Below the pieces are notes generated by a model. That model was not told the DNA's origin, did no database searches, and worked only from the letters and a program-made list of their open reading frames with translations. Positions 55,385-64,000 of a DNA stretch of 64,000 bases are shown piece by piece. The translations under genes were made by a program, and so were the position numbers. The DNA comes from Escherichia coli O157:H7 (GTDB taxonomy: Bacteria; Pseudomonadota; Gammaproteobacteria; Enterobacterales; Enterobacteriaceae). The first letter of the stretch is position 1, and each line of letters opens with the position of its first letter. The stretch lies in NCBI RefSeq assembly GCF_013167455.1, contig NZ_CP038328.1; one strand, 5' to 3'.

Positions 55385-56128
55385 AACAGTGGGTAGGCAT
55401 GATAAGACGCGTCAGCGTCGCATCAGGCAACTACGCACGGTGTCGGATGCGGCGCGAGCGCCTTATCCGACCTACGGTTCAGGCCTGTAGGCATGATAAG
55501 ACGCGCCTGCGTCGTATCAGGCATCTGCGCACGGTGTCGGATGCGGCGCGAGCGCCTTATCCGACCTACGGTTCAGGCCTGTAGGCATGATAAGACGCAT
55601 CAGCGTCGCATCAGGCACTGAGCACGGTGTCGGATGCGGTGCGAGCGCCTTATCCGACCTACGGTTCAGGCCTGTAGGCATGATAAGACGCATCAGCGTC
55701 GCATCAGGCATCTGCGCATGGTGTCGGATGCGGCGCGAGCGCCTTATCCGACCTACGGTTCAGGCCTGTAGGCATGATAAGACGCGCCTGCGTCGCATCA
55801 GGCATCGGCGCATGGTGTCGAATGCGGCGCGAGCGCCTTATCCGACCTACGGTTCAGGCCTGTAGGCATGATAAGACGCATCAGCGTCGCATCAGGCATC
55901 GGCGCATGGTGTCGAATGCGGTGCGAGCGCCTTATCCGACCTACGGTTCAGGCCTGTAGGCATGATAAGACGCATCAGCGTCGCATCAGGCATCTGCGCA
56001 TGGTGTCGGATGCGGCGCGAGCGCCTTATCCGACCTACGGTTCAGGCCTGTAGGCATGATAAGACGCGCCAGCGTCGCATCAGGCATCTGCGCACAACTG
56101 TCGGATGCGCCACGCGACGCATCCGACA
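55385..56128. repeat. Tandem array (about 8 copies) of a roughly 94-bp composite REP/BIME-type unit between the codB promoter and the prpE 3' end
   Basis: The motif TAGGCATGATAAGACGC recurs at about 55394, 55488, 55582, 55675, 55769, 55863, 55957 and 56051, each followed by GTCGGATGCGGCGCGAGCGCCTTATCCGACCTACGGTTCAGGCCTG. Confidence 0.9.
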
Positions 56129-56133
56129 ATACC

Positions 56134-58020
56134 TTACTCTTCCATCGCCTGGCGGATCTGATTCAACGACGCAGGATCATCAATGGTCGTCAGATCCCCA
56201 GGATCGCGTCCTTCGCAAATCGCCTGGATCGTGCGGCGCAGCATTTTTCCGGATCGCGTTTTTGGCAATTGCGAGACAAACCAGACGTGCGCCGGGCGGC
56301 CAAAGTTGCCAATCTGGCTGTCCACCAGCGCCATAATCGCCTTCTCTTGCGAATGCGCCACATCACGATCTTCCAGACTGTCGCTCTCTTTCGGAATGAC
56401 AAACGCCACCGCCACCTGCCCTTTCAGCGCATCTTTCACCCCAACCACCGCCACTTCGGCAACGCCCGGATGACTGGAGATACTCTCTTCAATCTCGCGC
56501 GTCCCCAGCCGATGCCCGGCAACGTTAATCACATCGTCAGTGCGCCCGAGAATAAAGTGATAACCGTCAGCGTCACGGATGCCCCAGTCAAAGGTGGCGT
56601 ACACCGGGCGGGAAAACAGCGACCAGTACGTCTTCACAAAGCGGTCGTCGTCGCCCCAGATGGTCTGAATACACCCCGGCGGCAGCGGCCCTTCCACCAC
56701 CAGCATCCCTTTCTCGTTGACGCCACACGGTTCGCCGGTGACTTCATTAAGCAACTGCACGTTATAGCCATACATCGGCACGCCGGGGCTTCCCAGACGC
56801 GTCGGCCTGTCGTCCAGACCGCGAGCAATCGCCATAATCGGCCAGCCGGATTCGGTCTGCCAGTAGTTGTCGATGACCGGCACATCCAGCGTATTGCTCA
56901 CCCAACTGGCGGTCGGCTCGTCCAGCGGTTCTCCAGCCAGATAGAGCACTTCCAGCGACGAGAGATCGTGTTTGCGAATTTCAGCGGTAGGGAATTTTTT
57001 CAGCACGCGAATGGCGGTCGGCGCTGAGAACATCCGGCTAACCTGATATTTCTCGACGATTTTCCACCACACGCCGCAGTCCGGCCAGGTCGGTAATCCT
57101 TCGTAAACGATAGTCGCCATCCCCGCCAGCAGCGGCGCGTAGACGATATACGAATGCCCCACCACCCAGCCGATATCCGAAGCACAAAAGAACACACCGC
57201 CCGCTTTGCCGCCAAAAATGGTGTCCATCGAGGTCGCCAGCGCCACCGCATATCCGCCAACGTCACGCTGCACGCCTTTAGGTTTGCCGGTCGTGCCGGA
57301 GGTGTAGAGAATGCAGGAGGTTTCGTTGGATTCCAGCCACGCCACCGGTACCCGCGCGCCGATGTGTTGATGGCGCAACGACGCGAAATCGACATCCCGC
57401 CCGCTGACGCGTGCCATTTTCGCCAGCCCGCGATCCACCAGCAAAACATGGCGTGGCTGGTGCTGCGCCTGACTTATCGCATCGTCGAGCAATTTTTTAT
57501 AGGGAATGATTTTGCCACCGCGCGCTCCGGCATCAGCCGAGACAATCAGCACCGGTTTAGCATCATCAATTCGCGCCGCCACGCTGTGCGAGGCAAATCC
57601 CCCAAACACCACCGAGTGAATAGCGCCAATGCGCGCGCAGGCCAGCAGAGTAATATGCGCTTCGGCAATCATCGGCATATACACCAGCACCCGATCGCCA
57701 CGCTGCACGCCCAGCGAGCGCAGCATTGACGCCACCGCGTTTACTTCGTCATGAAGCTGGCGAAAGGTAAAGGTGCGCTCTTCTTCTGTTTCCGAAGAGA
57801 CGGCAATCAGCGCCAGCGCCTCTGGTTGTTTCTCCAGCCAGCGGTCGATAGCGTTGTGGCACAAGTTGGTTCGGCCTTCACAAAACCAACGGGCAAACGG
57901 CGGATTGCTGTGATCGAGCGTTTGCGTAAAGGGCGTCTGCCAGTCAATACGCCGGGCCTGCTCGGCCCAGAACTGCTCCGGTTCGTTAATCGAACGCTGA
58001 TAAAATTCGCTAAAAGACAT
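56134..58020 (-). CDS. prpE: Propionyl-CoA synthetase
   Basis: 628 aa acyl-CoA synthetase with YTSGTTGKPKG motif. Confidence 0.95.
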   Translation of the reverse strand: MSFSEFYQRSINEPEQFWAEQARRIDWQTPFTQTLDHSNPPFARWFCEGRTNLCHNAIDRWLEKQPEALALIAVSSETEEERTFTFRQLHDEVNAVASMLRSLGVQRGDRVLVYMPMIAEAHITLLACARIGAIHSVVFGGFASHSVAARIDDAKPVLIVSADAGARGGKIIPYKKLLDDAISQAQHQPRHVLLVDRGLAKMARVSGRDVDFASLRHQHIGARVPVAWLESNETSCILYTSGTTGKPKGVQRDVGGYAVALATSMDTIFGGKAGGVFFCASDIGWVVGHSYIVYAPLLAGMATIVYEGLPTWPDCGVWWKIVEKYQVSRMFSAPTAIRVLKKFPTAEIRKHDLSSLEVLYLAGEPLDEPTASWVSNTLDVPVIDNYWQTESGWPIMAIARGLDDRPTRLGSPGVPMYGYNVQLLNEVTGEPCGVNEKGMLVVEGPLPPGCIQTIWGDDDRFVKTYWSLFSRPVYATFDWGIRDADGYHFILGRTDDVINVAGHRLGTREIEESISSHPGVAEVAVVGVKDALKGQVAVAFVIPKESDSLEDRDVAHSQEKAIMALVDSQIGNFGRPAHVWFVSQLPKTRSGKMLRRTIQAICEGRDPGDLTTIDDPASLNQIRQAMEE

Positions 58021-58059
58021 AATGCTCTCCTGTTGAACTTACGCCTTACCGCCGTTTAC

Positions 58060-59511
58060 TTAAATGACGTACAGGTCGAGATACTCATTGACCGGCATCT
58101 GTTCCAGGCGAGCTCTGTCGAGAGAAACCTCCAGAATGCGCTGCTGTTGGCGAGTCGGGAACTGGCGCGCGAGATTGATTTTGAATTTATCGACCAGTTT
58201 CGGAATACCATCCTGACGGCGGCGAGCATGACCAATGGGGTACTCCACCACCACTTCTTCAAATCGTGTGCCGTCGGTGAACTCAAGGGTAATGGCATTG
58301 GCGATGGCGCGTTTTTCCGGGTCGTGGTAGTCAGCGGTAAATACCGGATCTTCAAAGCAATTGATCTTCTCGCGCAGGGCGTCAATGCGTTTATCTTGCG
58401 CAACGTTGTCCTCGTAATCTGCCGCCGTTAAGCGCCCGAATAGCAGTGGGATCGCCACCATGTACTGAATGCAGTGGTCGCGGTCTGCCGGGTTATTGAG
58501 CGGCCCCTTTTTGTCGATGATGCGAATACAGGCTTCGTGGGTGCGGATGGACACTTTTTCGATATCTGCCGCCGTTTTGCCTGCTGCCTGCATCTGTTCA
58601 TAGAGCGTCATCGCTGCTTCAACTGCCGTCTGGGAGTGGAACTCCGCCGGGAAGGAGATTTTGAACAGCACATTTTCCATCACGTAAGAACCGTACGGAC
58701 GCTGGAAGCGGAACGATTCACCTTTAAAGGAGACGTCGTAGAAGCCCCACACAGGCGCAGTCAGGGCTGACGGGTAACCCATTTCGCCCGTTTTCGCCAT
58801 CAGTGCCAGACGTACCGCGCGGGAAGTGGCATCGCCCGCCGCCCAGGATTTACGCGTGCCGGTGTTCGGCGCATGGCGATAGGTGCGCAGCGACTGACCG
58901 TCCACCCACGCCAGCGAAACAGCGTTGAGAATTTCCTCGCGGGTCAGGCCAAGCATTTCGGCGACCACGGCGGTGGAAGCCACTTTCACTAACAGAACGT
59001 GGTCGAGGCCGACGCGGTTAAAGGAGTTTTCCAGCGCGATGCAGCCCTGAATTTCATGGGCTTTAATCATTCCGGTCAGCACCTGTTTCATGGTCAACGG
59101 CGCTTTGCCGCTGGCGACCGCGTTGCGTGAAAGCCAGTCCGCCGTTGCCAGAATGCCGCCGAGATTGTCGGAAGGATGGCCCCACTCTGCCGCAAGCCAG
59201 GTATCGTTGAAATCGAGCCAGCGGATCATCGCGCCGATGTTAAATGCCGCCTGGACGGGGTCGAGCTGGAACTGAGTTCCGGGGACGCGCACGCCGTTAG
59301 GTACGACGGTGCCGGGGACAATTGGCCCCAGCAGTTTTTTACAGGCTGGGTATTCGAGAGCTTCAAGACCGCAGCCGAGCGTGTCGAGCAGACAGTAATG
59401 TGCGGTGTCGTAGGCTACTTTGGAGCTGATTTCGTAGTTCATGACGTAATCGACGATATCAACGATTTCACGATCAAATTCCGGGCGGATGTTGTTGATT
59501 TGAGCTGACAT
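58060..59511 (-). CDS. prpD: 2-methylcitrate dehydratase
   Basis: 483 aa, recognised PrpD sequence. Confidence 0.95.
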   Translation of the reverse strand: MSAQINNIRPEFDREIVDIVDYVMNYEISSKVAYDTAHYCLLDTLGCGLEALEYPACKKLLGPIVPGTVVPNGVRVPGTQFQLDPVQAAFNIGAMIRWLDFNDTWLAAEWGHPSDNLGGILATADWLSRNAVASGKAPLTMKQVLTGMIKAHEIQGCIALENSFNRVGLDHVLLVKVASTAVVAEMLGLTREEILNAVSLAWVDGQSLRTYRHAPNTGTRKSWAAGDATSRAVRLALMAKTGEMGYPSALTAPVWGFYDVSFKGESFRFQRPYGSYVMENVLFKISFPAEFHSQTAVEAAMTLYEQMQAAGKTAADIEKVSIRTHEACIRIIDKKGPLNNPADRDHCIQYMVAIPLLFGRLTAADYEDNVAQDKRIDALREKINCFEDPVFTADYHDPEKRAIANAITLEFTDGTRFEEVVVEYPIGHARRRQDGIPKLVDKFKINLARQFPTRQQQRILEVSLDRARLEQMPVNEYLDLYVI

Positions 59512-59544
59512 TGGGTACGTTTCCTTATTGTTATTCGTAGAGGT

Positions 59545-60714
59545 TTACTGGCGCTTATCCAGCGCGACAAACTGGCGGTCTTCCGGTCCAACATAATTGG
59601 CGGAAGGACGGATAATTTTGTTGTCCTGACGTTGTTCGATAATGTGCGCCGCCCAGCCGGTGACGCGGGCGATAACAAACAGTGGTGTGAACATCTCGGT
59701 GGGAACGCCCATCATGTTGTAGGAAACAGCGGAGAACCAGTCGAGATTGGGGAACATCTTTTTGCTCTCCCACATCACCGTTTCCAGGCGATCGGCGATG
59801 TTGTACATCTTCAGCGAGCCGCCTTCCTGCGAGAGCTGCTTCGCCACACGTTTAATCACCTGGTGGCGCGGGTCGGCGATGGTATAAACCGGATGACCAA
59901 AACCAATGACCACTTCTTTGCTTTCCACCCGCTTGCGGATATCGGCTTCGGCTTCGTCCGGCGTTTCGTAGCGTTGCTGGATCTCCAGCGACACTTCATT
60001 CGCCCCGCCGTGCTTCGGCCCGCGCAGTGCACCAATCGCGCCAATAATCGCGGAATACATATCAGAGCCAGTGCCCGCAATCACCCGGCTGGTAAAGGTG
60101 GAGGCGTTAAACTCGTGTTCGGCGTACAGCACCAGCGAAATATGCATCGCCTTTTCCCAGCTTTGCGACGGCTTTTCGCCGTGCAGCAGATGCAGGAAGT
60201 GACCACCGATGGAGTCGTCATCGGTTTCCGGCTGGATGCGTTCGCCGTTGTGGCTGTAGTGATACCAGTAGAGAAGAATCGAGCTAAGTGACGCCAGCAG
60301 TTTGTCGGCAATATCCCGCGCGCCAGAGACGGTATGCCCCTCTTTTTCTGGCAGCGTGCAGCCGAGCGCGGAAACGCCGGTGCGCATAACATCCATCGGG
60401 TGTGACGCCGCCGGTAAGGCTTCCAGCACGGTACGCACGTTAGCCGGTAAACCGCGCAGGGCTTTCAATTTCGTTTTGTAGGCGGCGAGTTCGTCACGGG
60501 TCGGCAGTTTGCCGTGGATCAGCAGATGCGCCACTTCTTCAAATTCGCAATGTTCCGCCAGATCAAGAATATCGTAGCCACGGTAATGCAAGTCATTGCC
60601 ACTTTTACCCACGGTGCAGAGCGCCGTATTGCCCGCCGGAACGCCAGAAAGCGCCACAGATTTTTTCGGTTTAATGACATGGGTACTGTTTTGCAGGATC
60701 GTTGTGTCGCTCAT
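59545..60714 (-). CDS. prpC: 2-methylcitrate synthase (389 aa; start at [10 protein letters not shown])
   Basis: Citrate-synthase family; listed ORF extends 28 codons upstream into REP sequence. Confidence 0.95.
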   Translation of the reverse strand: MSDTTILQNSTHVIKPKKSVALSGVPAGNTALCTVGKSGNDLHYRGYDILDLAEHCEFEEVAHLLIHGKLPTRDELAAYKTKLKALRGLPANVRTVLEALPAASHPMDVMRTGVSALGCTLPEKEGHTVSGARDIADKLLASLSSILLYWYHYSHNGERIQPETDDDSIGGHFLHLLHGEKPSQSWEKAMHISLVLYAEHEFNASTFTSRVIAGTGSDMYSAIIGAIGALRGPKHGGANEVSLEIQQRYETPDEAEADIRKRVESKEVVIGFGHPVYTIADPRHQVIKRVAKQLSQEGGSLKMYNIADRLETVMWESKKMFPNLDWFSAVSYNMMGVPTEMFTPLFVIARVTGWAAHIIEQRQDNKIIRPSANYVGPEDRQFVALDKRQ

Positions 60715-60755
60715 ATTGTCCTCGTCATTGTTATCATTTGTAGGGTCGAGATTGT

Positions 60756-60850
60756 TGTCGGATGCGACGCCATGCGTCTTATCCGACCTACAGTTCACCC
60801 CGTAGGCCTGATAAGTCGCGTCAGCGGCGCATCAGGCATCGGTTGTCGAA
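60756..60850. repeat. REP elements in the prpB-prpC intergenic region
   Basis: GTCGGATGCGACGCCATGCGTCTTATCCGACCTAC and GTAGGCCTGATAAGTCGCGTCAGCGGCGCATCAGGC read directly. Confidence 0.8.
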
Positions 60851-60869
60851 TACAACCAACGGGCGTTTT

Positions 60870-61760
60870 TTATTTCGCCTGGCTACGGACAAACAGGTCG
60901 TCGAGCTTCTCTTCGTAGTGGTAGTAGTTGATGCTTTCGTACAGCTCGTTGCGGGTCTGCATGGTGTCGATGACGCTTTTCTGCGTGCCTTCCTGGCGCA
61001 GGACGTTGTAGACATGTTCGGCGGCGCGGTTCATGGCGCGAAACGCTGAAAGCGGGTACAGCGCCATCGCGACATGAGCGCTGCGTAATTCGTCGGTGGT
61101 AAACAGCGGCGTGGCGCCAAATTCGGTAATGTTGGCGAGGATTGGCACCTGCACCGCATCGGCAAACTGGCGGTACATGGCGAGTTCGGTAATCGCCTCC
61201 GGGAACAACATCTCGGCACCCGCTTCAACATAGGCCTGCGCACGCTCGATCGCCGCATCCAGCCCCTCTACCGCCAGCGCATCGGTGCGCGCCATGATCA
61301 CAAAATCAGGATCGGTTTTCGCATCCACCGCCGCGCGGATCCGATCCACCATCTCCTCTTTCGAGACGATCGCTTTGTTCGGGCGATGACCACAGCGTTT
61401 TGCACCAACCTGATCTTCAATATGCAATCCCGCCGCACCGGCTTTAATCATCGATTTCACCGTACGCGCAACGTTAAAAGCAGAAGAACCAAAACCGATA
61501 TCCGCATCCACCAGCAGCGGCAGCGAACAAACGTCGGTGATACGGCGAATATCTGTCAACACGTCATCAAGAGTAGAAATACCGAGATCGGGCAGCCCCA
61601 GCGACCCTGCCGCCACGCCACCGCCGGAGAGATAAATTGCCTGATATCCGGCACGCTGCGCCAACAGCGCATGGTTGGCGTTAATGGTGCCAACAATCTG
61701 CAATGGATTTTCTTTAGTCAGTGCAGCGCGAAACGCTTTACCTGGAGAGTGTAGAGACAT
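60870..61760 (-). CDS. prpB: 2-methylisocitrate lyase
   Basis: 296 aa, isocitrate-lyase/PEP-mutase family. Confidence 0.95.
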   Translation of the reverse strand: MSLHSPGKAFRAALTKENPLQIVGTINANHALLAQRAGYQAIYLSGGGVAAGSLGLPDLGISTLDDVLTDIRRITDVCSLPLLVDADIGFGSSAFNVARTVKSMIKAGAAGLHIEDQVGAKRCGHRPNKAIVSKEEMVDRIRAAVDAKTDPDFVIMARTDALAVEGLDAAIERAQAYVEAGAEMLFPEAITELAMYRQFADAVQVPILANITEFGATPLFTTDELRSAHVAMALYPLSAFRAMNRAAEHVYNVLRQEGTQKSVIDTMQTRNELYESINYYHYEEKLDDLFVRSQAK

Positions 61761-61805
61761 AGCCCATCCTTTGTTATCAACTTGTTATTTTCGTTGATAA
61801 CGACA

Positions 61806-61823
61806 AAGCAAGGGGTGTGCCAC
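61806..61823 (-). promoter_or_regulatory. Sigma-54 promoter for prpBCDE (minus strand TGGCAC-ACCCC-TTGCT)
   Basis: Near-consensus -24/-12 element about 50 nt upstream of the prpB start; the divergent prpR encodes a sigma-54 enhancer-binding protein (GAFTGS motif). Confidence 0.65.
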
Positions 61824-61998
61824 AATTGCCTTAATAAAATTAAATCTTTAATTTCAATTTGTTAGAGATAAAGTCATGAACTAATCCGCAAATATGCGTT
61901 TCAGTTAACGTTTCAGGCAATGTTTCACCGCGTTTCATTGCAACAATTATGAAACAAGACTAAACCCAATATTCGGTATCTTAACTTTGCGGTGCGCT

Positions 61999-63585
61999 AT
62001 GGCACATCCACCACGGCTGAATGACGACAAACCGGTTATCTGGACGGTATCTGTAACGCGCTTATTCGAGCTGTTTCGCGATATCAGCCTCGAGTTTGAT
62101 CACCTGGCGAACATTACCCCTATTCAGCTTGGCTTTGAAAAAGCAGTGACCTACATCCGCAAGAAACTGGCAAACGAACGCTGTGACGCCATCATCGCCG
62201 CTGGCTCTAACGGCGCGTACCTGAAAAGCCGCCTGTCAGTGCCAGTTATTTTGATTAAACCGAGCGGCTACGATGTGTTACAGGCACTGGCAAAAGCCGG
62301 AAAACTCACCTCTTCTATCGGCGTTGTCACTTATCAGGAAACTATTCCGGCACTGGTGGCGTTTCAAAAAACCTTTAATTTGCGCCTCGATCAACGTAGC
62401 TACATTACCGAAGAAGACGCACGCGGGCAGATTAACGAGCTAAAAGCTAACGGCACCGAAGCGGTGGTCGGCGCGGGGCTGATTACCGATCTGGCAGAAG
62501 AAGCCGGAATGACCGGAATTTTTATCTATTCCGCCGCCACCGTGCGCCAGGCGTTCAGCGATGCGCTGGATATGACGCGCATGTCGTTACGCCATAACAC
62601 TCACGATGCCACCCGCAACGCCCTGCGTACTCGTTACGTGCTGGGCGATATGCTCGGTCAATCACCACAGATGGAGCAGGTGCGGCAGACTATTTTGCTG
62701 TATGCCCGCTCCAGTGCGGCGGTGTTGATTGAGGGGGAAACGGGGACGGGCAAAGAGCTGGCGGCCCAGGCAATTCATCGGGAATATTTTGCCCGCCACG
62801 ATGCGCGACAGGGCAAAAAGTCGCATCCGTTTGTTGCCGTCAACTGCGGGGCGATTGCCGAATCGCTGCTGGAAGCGGAGCTGTTTGGCTATGAGGAAGG
62901 GGCGTTTACCGGCTCGCGACGCGGAGGTCGCGCCGGGCTGTTCGAAATTGCCCACGGTGGCACGCTGTTTCTGGATGAGATTGGCGAAATGCCGCTACCT
63001 TTGCAGACTCGCCTGTTACGGGTGCTGGAAGAAAAAGAGGTCACCCGCGTCGGCGGGCATCAGCCTGTTCCGGTAGATGTACGGGTCATTAGCGCCACTC
63101 ACTGCAATCTGGAAGAAGATATGCGGCAAGGGCAGTTTCGCCGTGATCTGTTTTATCGGCTGAGTATTTTGCGTCTGCAATTGCCACCACTGCGCGAGCG
63201 GGTGGCAGATATTCTTCCGCTGGCGGAAAGCTTTTTGAAAGTGTCTCTGGCGGCGCTCTCCGCCCCATTTTCTGCCGCATTACGCCAGGGATTACAGGCA
63301 AGCGAAACCGTGCTGGTGCACTACGACTGGCCAGGTAATATTCGTGAACTGCGCAATATGATGGAGCGACTGGCGCTATTTTTAAGTGTGGAACCGACGC
63401 CGGATTTAACGCCGCAGTTTTTGCAGCTGCTACTGCCGGAACTGGCGCGCGAGTCGGCGAAAATTCCCGCTCCACGCTTGCTGACACCACAACAGGCACT
63501 GGAGAAATTTAATGGCGATAAAACAGCAGCGGCGAATTATTTAGGCATCAGCCGGACGACGTTCTGGCGGCGGCTGAAAAGCTGA
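61999..63585 (+). CDS. prpR: Sigma-54-dependent activator of the prp operon (528 aa; start at [10 protein letters not shown])
   Basis: AAA+ sigma-54 interaction domain ([14 protein letters not shown]) and C-terminal HTH. Confidence 0.9.
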   Translation: MAHPPRLNDDKPVIWTVSVTRLFELFRDISLEFDHLANITPIQLGFEKAVTYIRKKLANERCDAIIAAGSNGAYLKSRLSVPVILIKPSGYDVLQALAKAGKLTSSIGVVTYQETIPALVAFQKTFNLRLDQRSYITEEDARGQINELKANGTEAVVGAGLITDLAEEAGMTGIFIYSAATVRQAFSDALDMTRMSLRHNTHDATRNALRTRYVLGDMLGQSPQMEQVRQTILLYARSSAAVLIEGETGTGKELAAQAIHREYFARHDARQGKKSHPFVAVNCGAIAESLLEAELFGYEEGAFTGSRRGGRAGLFEIAHGGTLFLDEIGEMPLPLQTRLLRVLEEKEVTRVGGHQPVPVDVRVISATHCNLEEDMRQGQFRRDLFYRLSILRLQLPPLRERVADILPLAESFLKVSLAALSAPFSAALRQGLQASETVLVHYDWPGNIRELRNMMERLALFLSVEPTPDLTPQFLQLLLPELARESAKIPAPRLLTPQQALEKFNGDKTAAANYLGISRTTFWRRLKS

Positions 63586-63588
63586 ACT

Positions 63589-63618
63589 GCCGAATGCAGC
63601 GCGAACGCTTTATCCGGC
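63589..63618. repeat. REP element between convergent prpR and yahO
   Basis: GCCGAATGCAGCGCGAACGCTTTATCCGGC read directly. Confidence 0.7.
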
Positions 63619-63682
63619 ATAAATTTCAATAGATGATCACCGATAAACTTACGCATCGGGGATGTTTACATAGGATTCAGAA

Positions 63683-63958
63683 TTACTTCTTCTTATAAAT
63701 ATCCGCCGTGCCGTGGATCTTATTGTCAGTTTGACCGGAGGTCAGTACCAACACATCAGCCCCTTTTTCATCGGCTTTTTTGATTAAATCTTCTTTTGCA
63801 TCTGCAGTCGACATTTCATTACTGGTTGAAATATCACCTATTTTTTCATACTGCGATTCAACTTTTTCAAATTCCGCTTTGGTCATCAATTCAGCGGCAT
63901 AGACATTGGTAACGGCAAACGCTAACGCACCGACTAACATTTTAGAGATTATTTTCAT
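63683..63958 (-). CDS. yahO: Periplasmic DUF1471-family protein YahO (91 aa)
   Basis: Signal peptide [21 protein letters not shown] plus small soluble domain; position next to prpR. Confidence 0.8.
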   Translation of the reverse strand: MKIISKMLVGALAFAVTNVYAAELMTKAEFEKVESQYEKIGDISTSNEMSTADAKEDLIKKADEKGADVLVLTSGQTDNKIHGTADIYKKK

Positions 63959-64000
63959 ATTACGGCTCCAGAGTTGTTATCACACTATCACCCACCGACA

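Noticed and set aside
55399-56336. Series of 61-124-aa ORFs (MIRR(I/V)SVASG...RPTVQACRHDKT...)
   Set aside because: Generated by the 94-bp tandem REP array; their near-identical peptides and 94-bp phasing show they are repeat translations, not genes.
56056-57027. 323-aa plus-strand ORF
   Set aside because: Starts in the REP array and runs antisense through prpE; artefactual.
57751-58431. 226-aa plus-strand ORF
   Set aside because: Antisense across the prpE/prpD junction.
59632-60291. 219-aa plus-strand ORF
   Set aside because: Antisense to prpC.

Overview
This window is a contiguous Escherichia coli chromosomal segment, read in the opposite orientation to the usual K-12 map, running from yaiA/aroL through phoA, ddlA, sbmA, ampH, yaiT, hemB, tauABCD, frmRAB, the mhp cluster, the lac operon, cynRTSX, codBA and prpRBCDE to yahO. 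All identifications come from reading the supplied six-frame translations and the nucleotide sequence against remembered protein families and E. coli K-12 gene order; no database search or computation was run. Motif coordinates are hand-indexed and may be off by 1-2 bp. The strain is not K-12: the lac control region and lacZ/lacA carry substitutions, and yaiT is an intact autotransporter gene. Two blocks are accessory relative to K-12 and are the best candidates for the system hinted at. (1) Between tauA and frmR, a UhpA/UhpB/UhpC-like three-component sensor sits directly upstream of an AfuABC-type ABC importer, where K-12 carries unrelated genes. (2) Between mhpR and lacI, a metallo-beta-lactamase-fold hydrolase gene is paired with a GlxA-type AraC regulator gene whose 3' end contains the lacI promoter. 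I cannot establish from sequence alone that either is undescribed; both protein families are known. Other notable points are a phoA reading frame broken by a 23-bp direct tandem duplication, a roughly 8-copy tandem array of a 94-bp REP-type unit between codB and prpE, and a perfect 21-bp inverted repeat with G6/C6 tracts at the frmR promoter.
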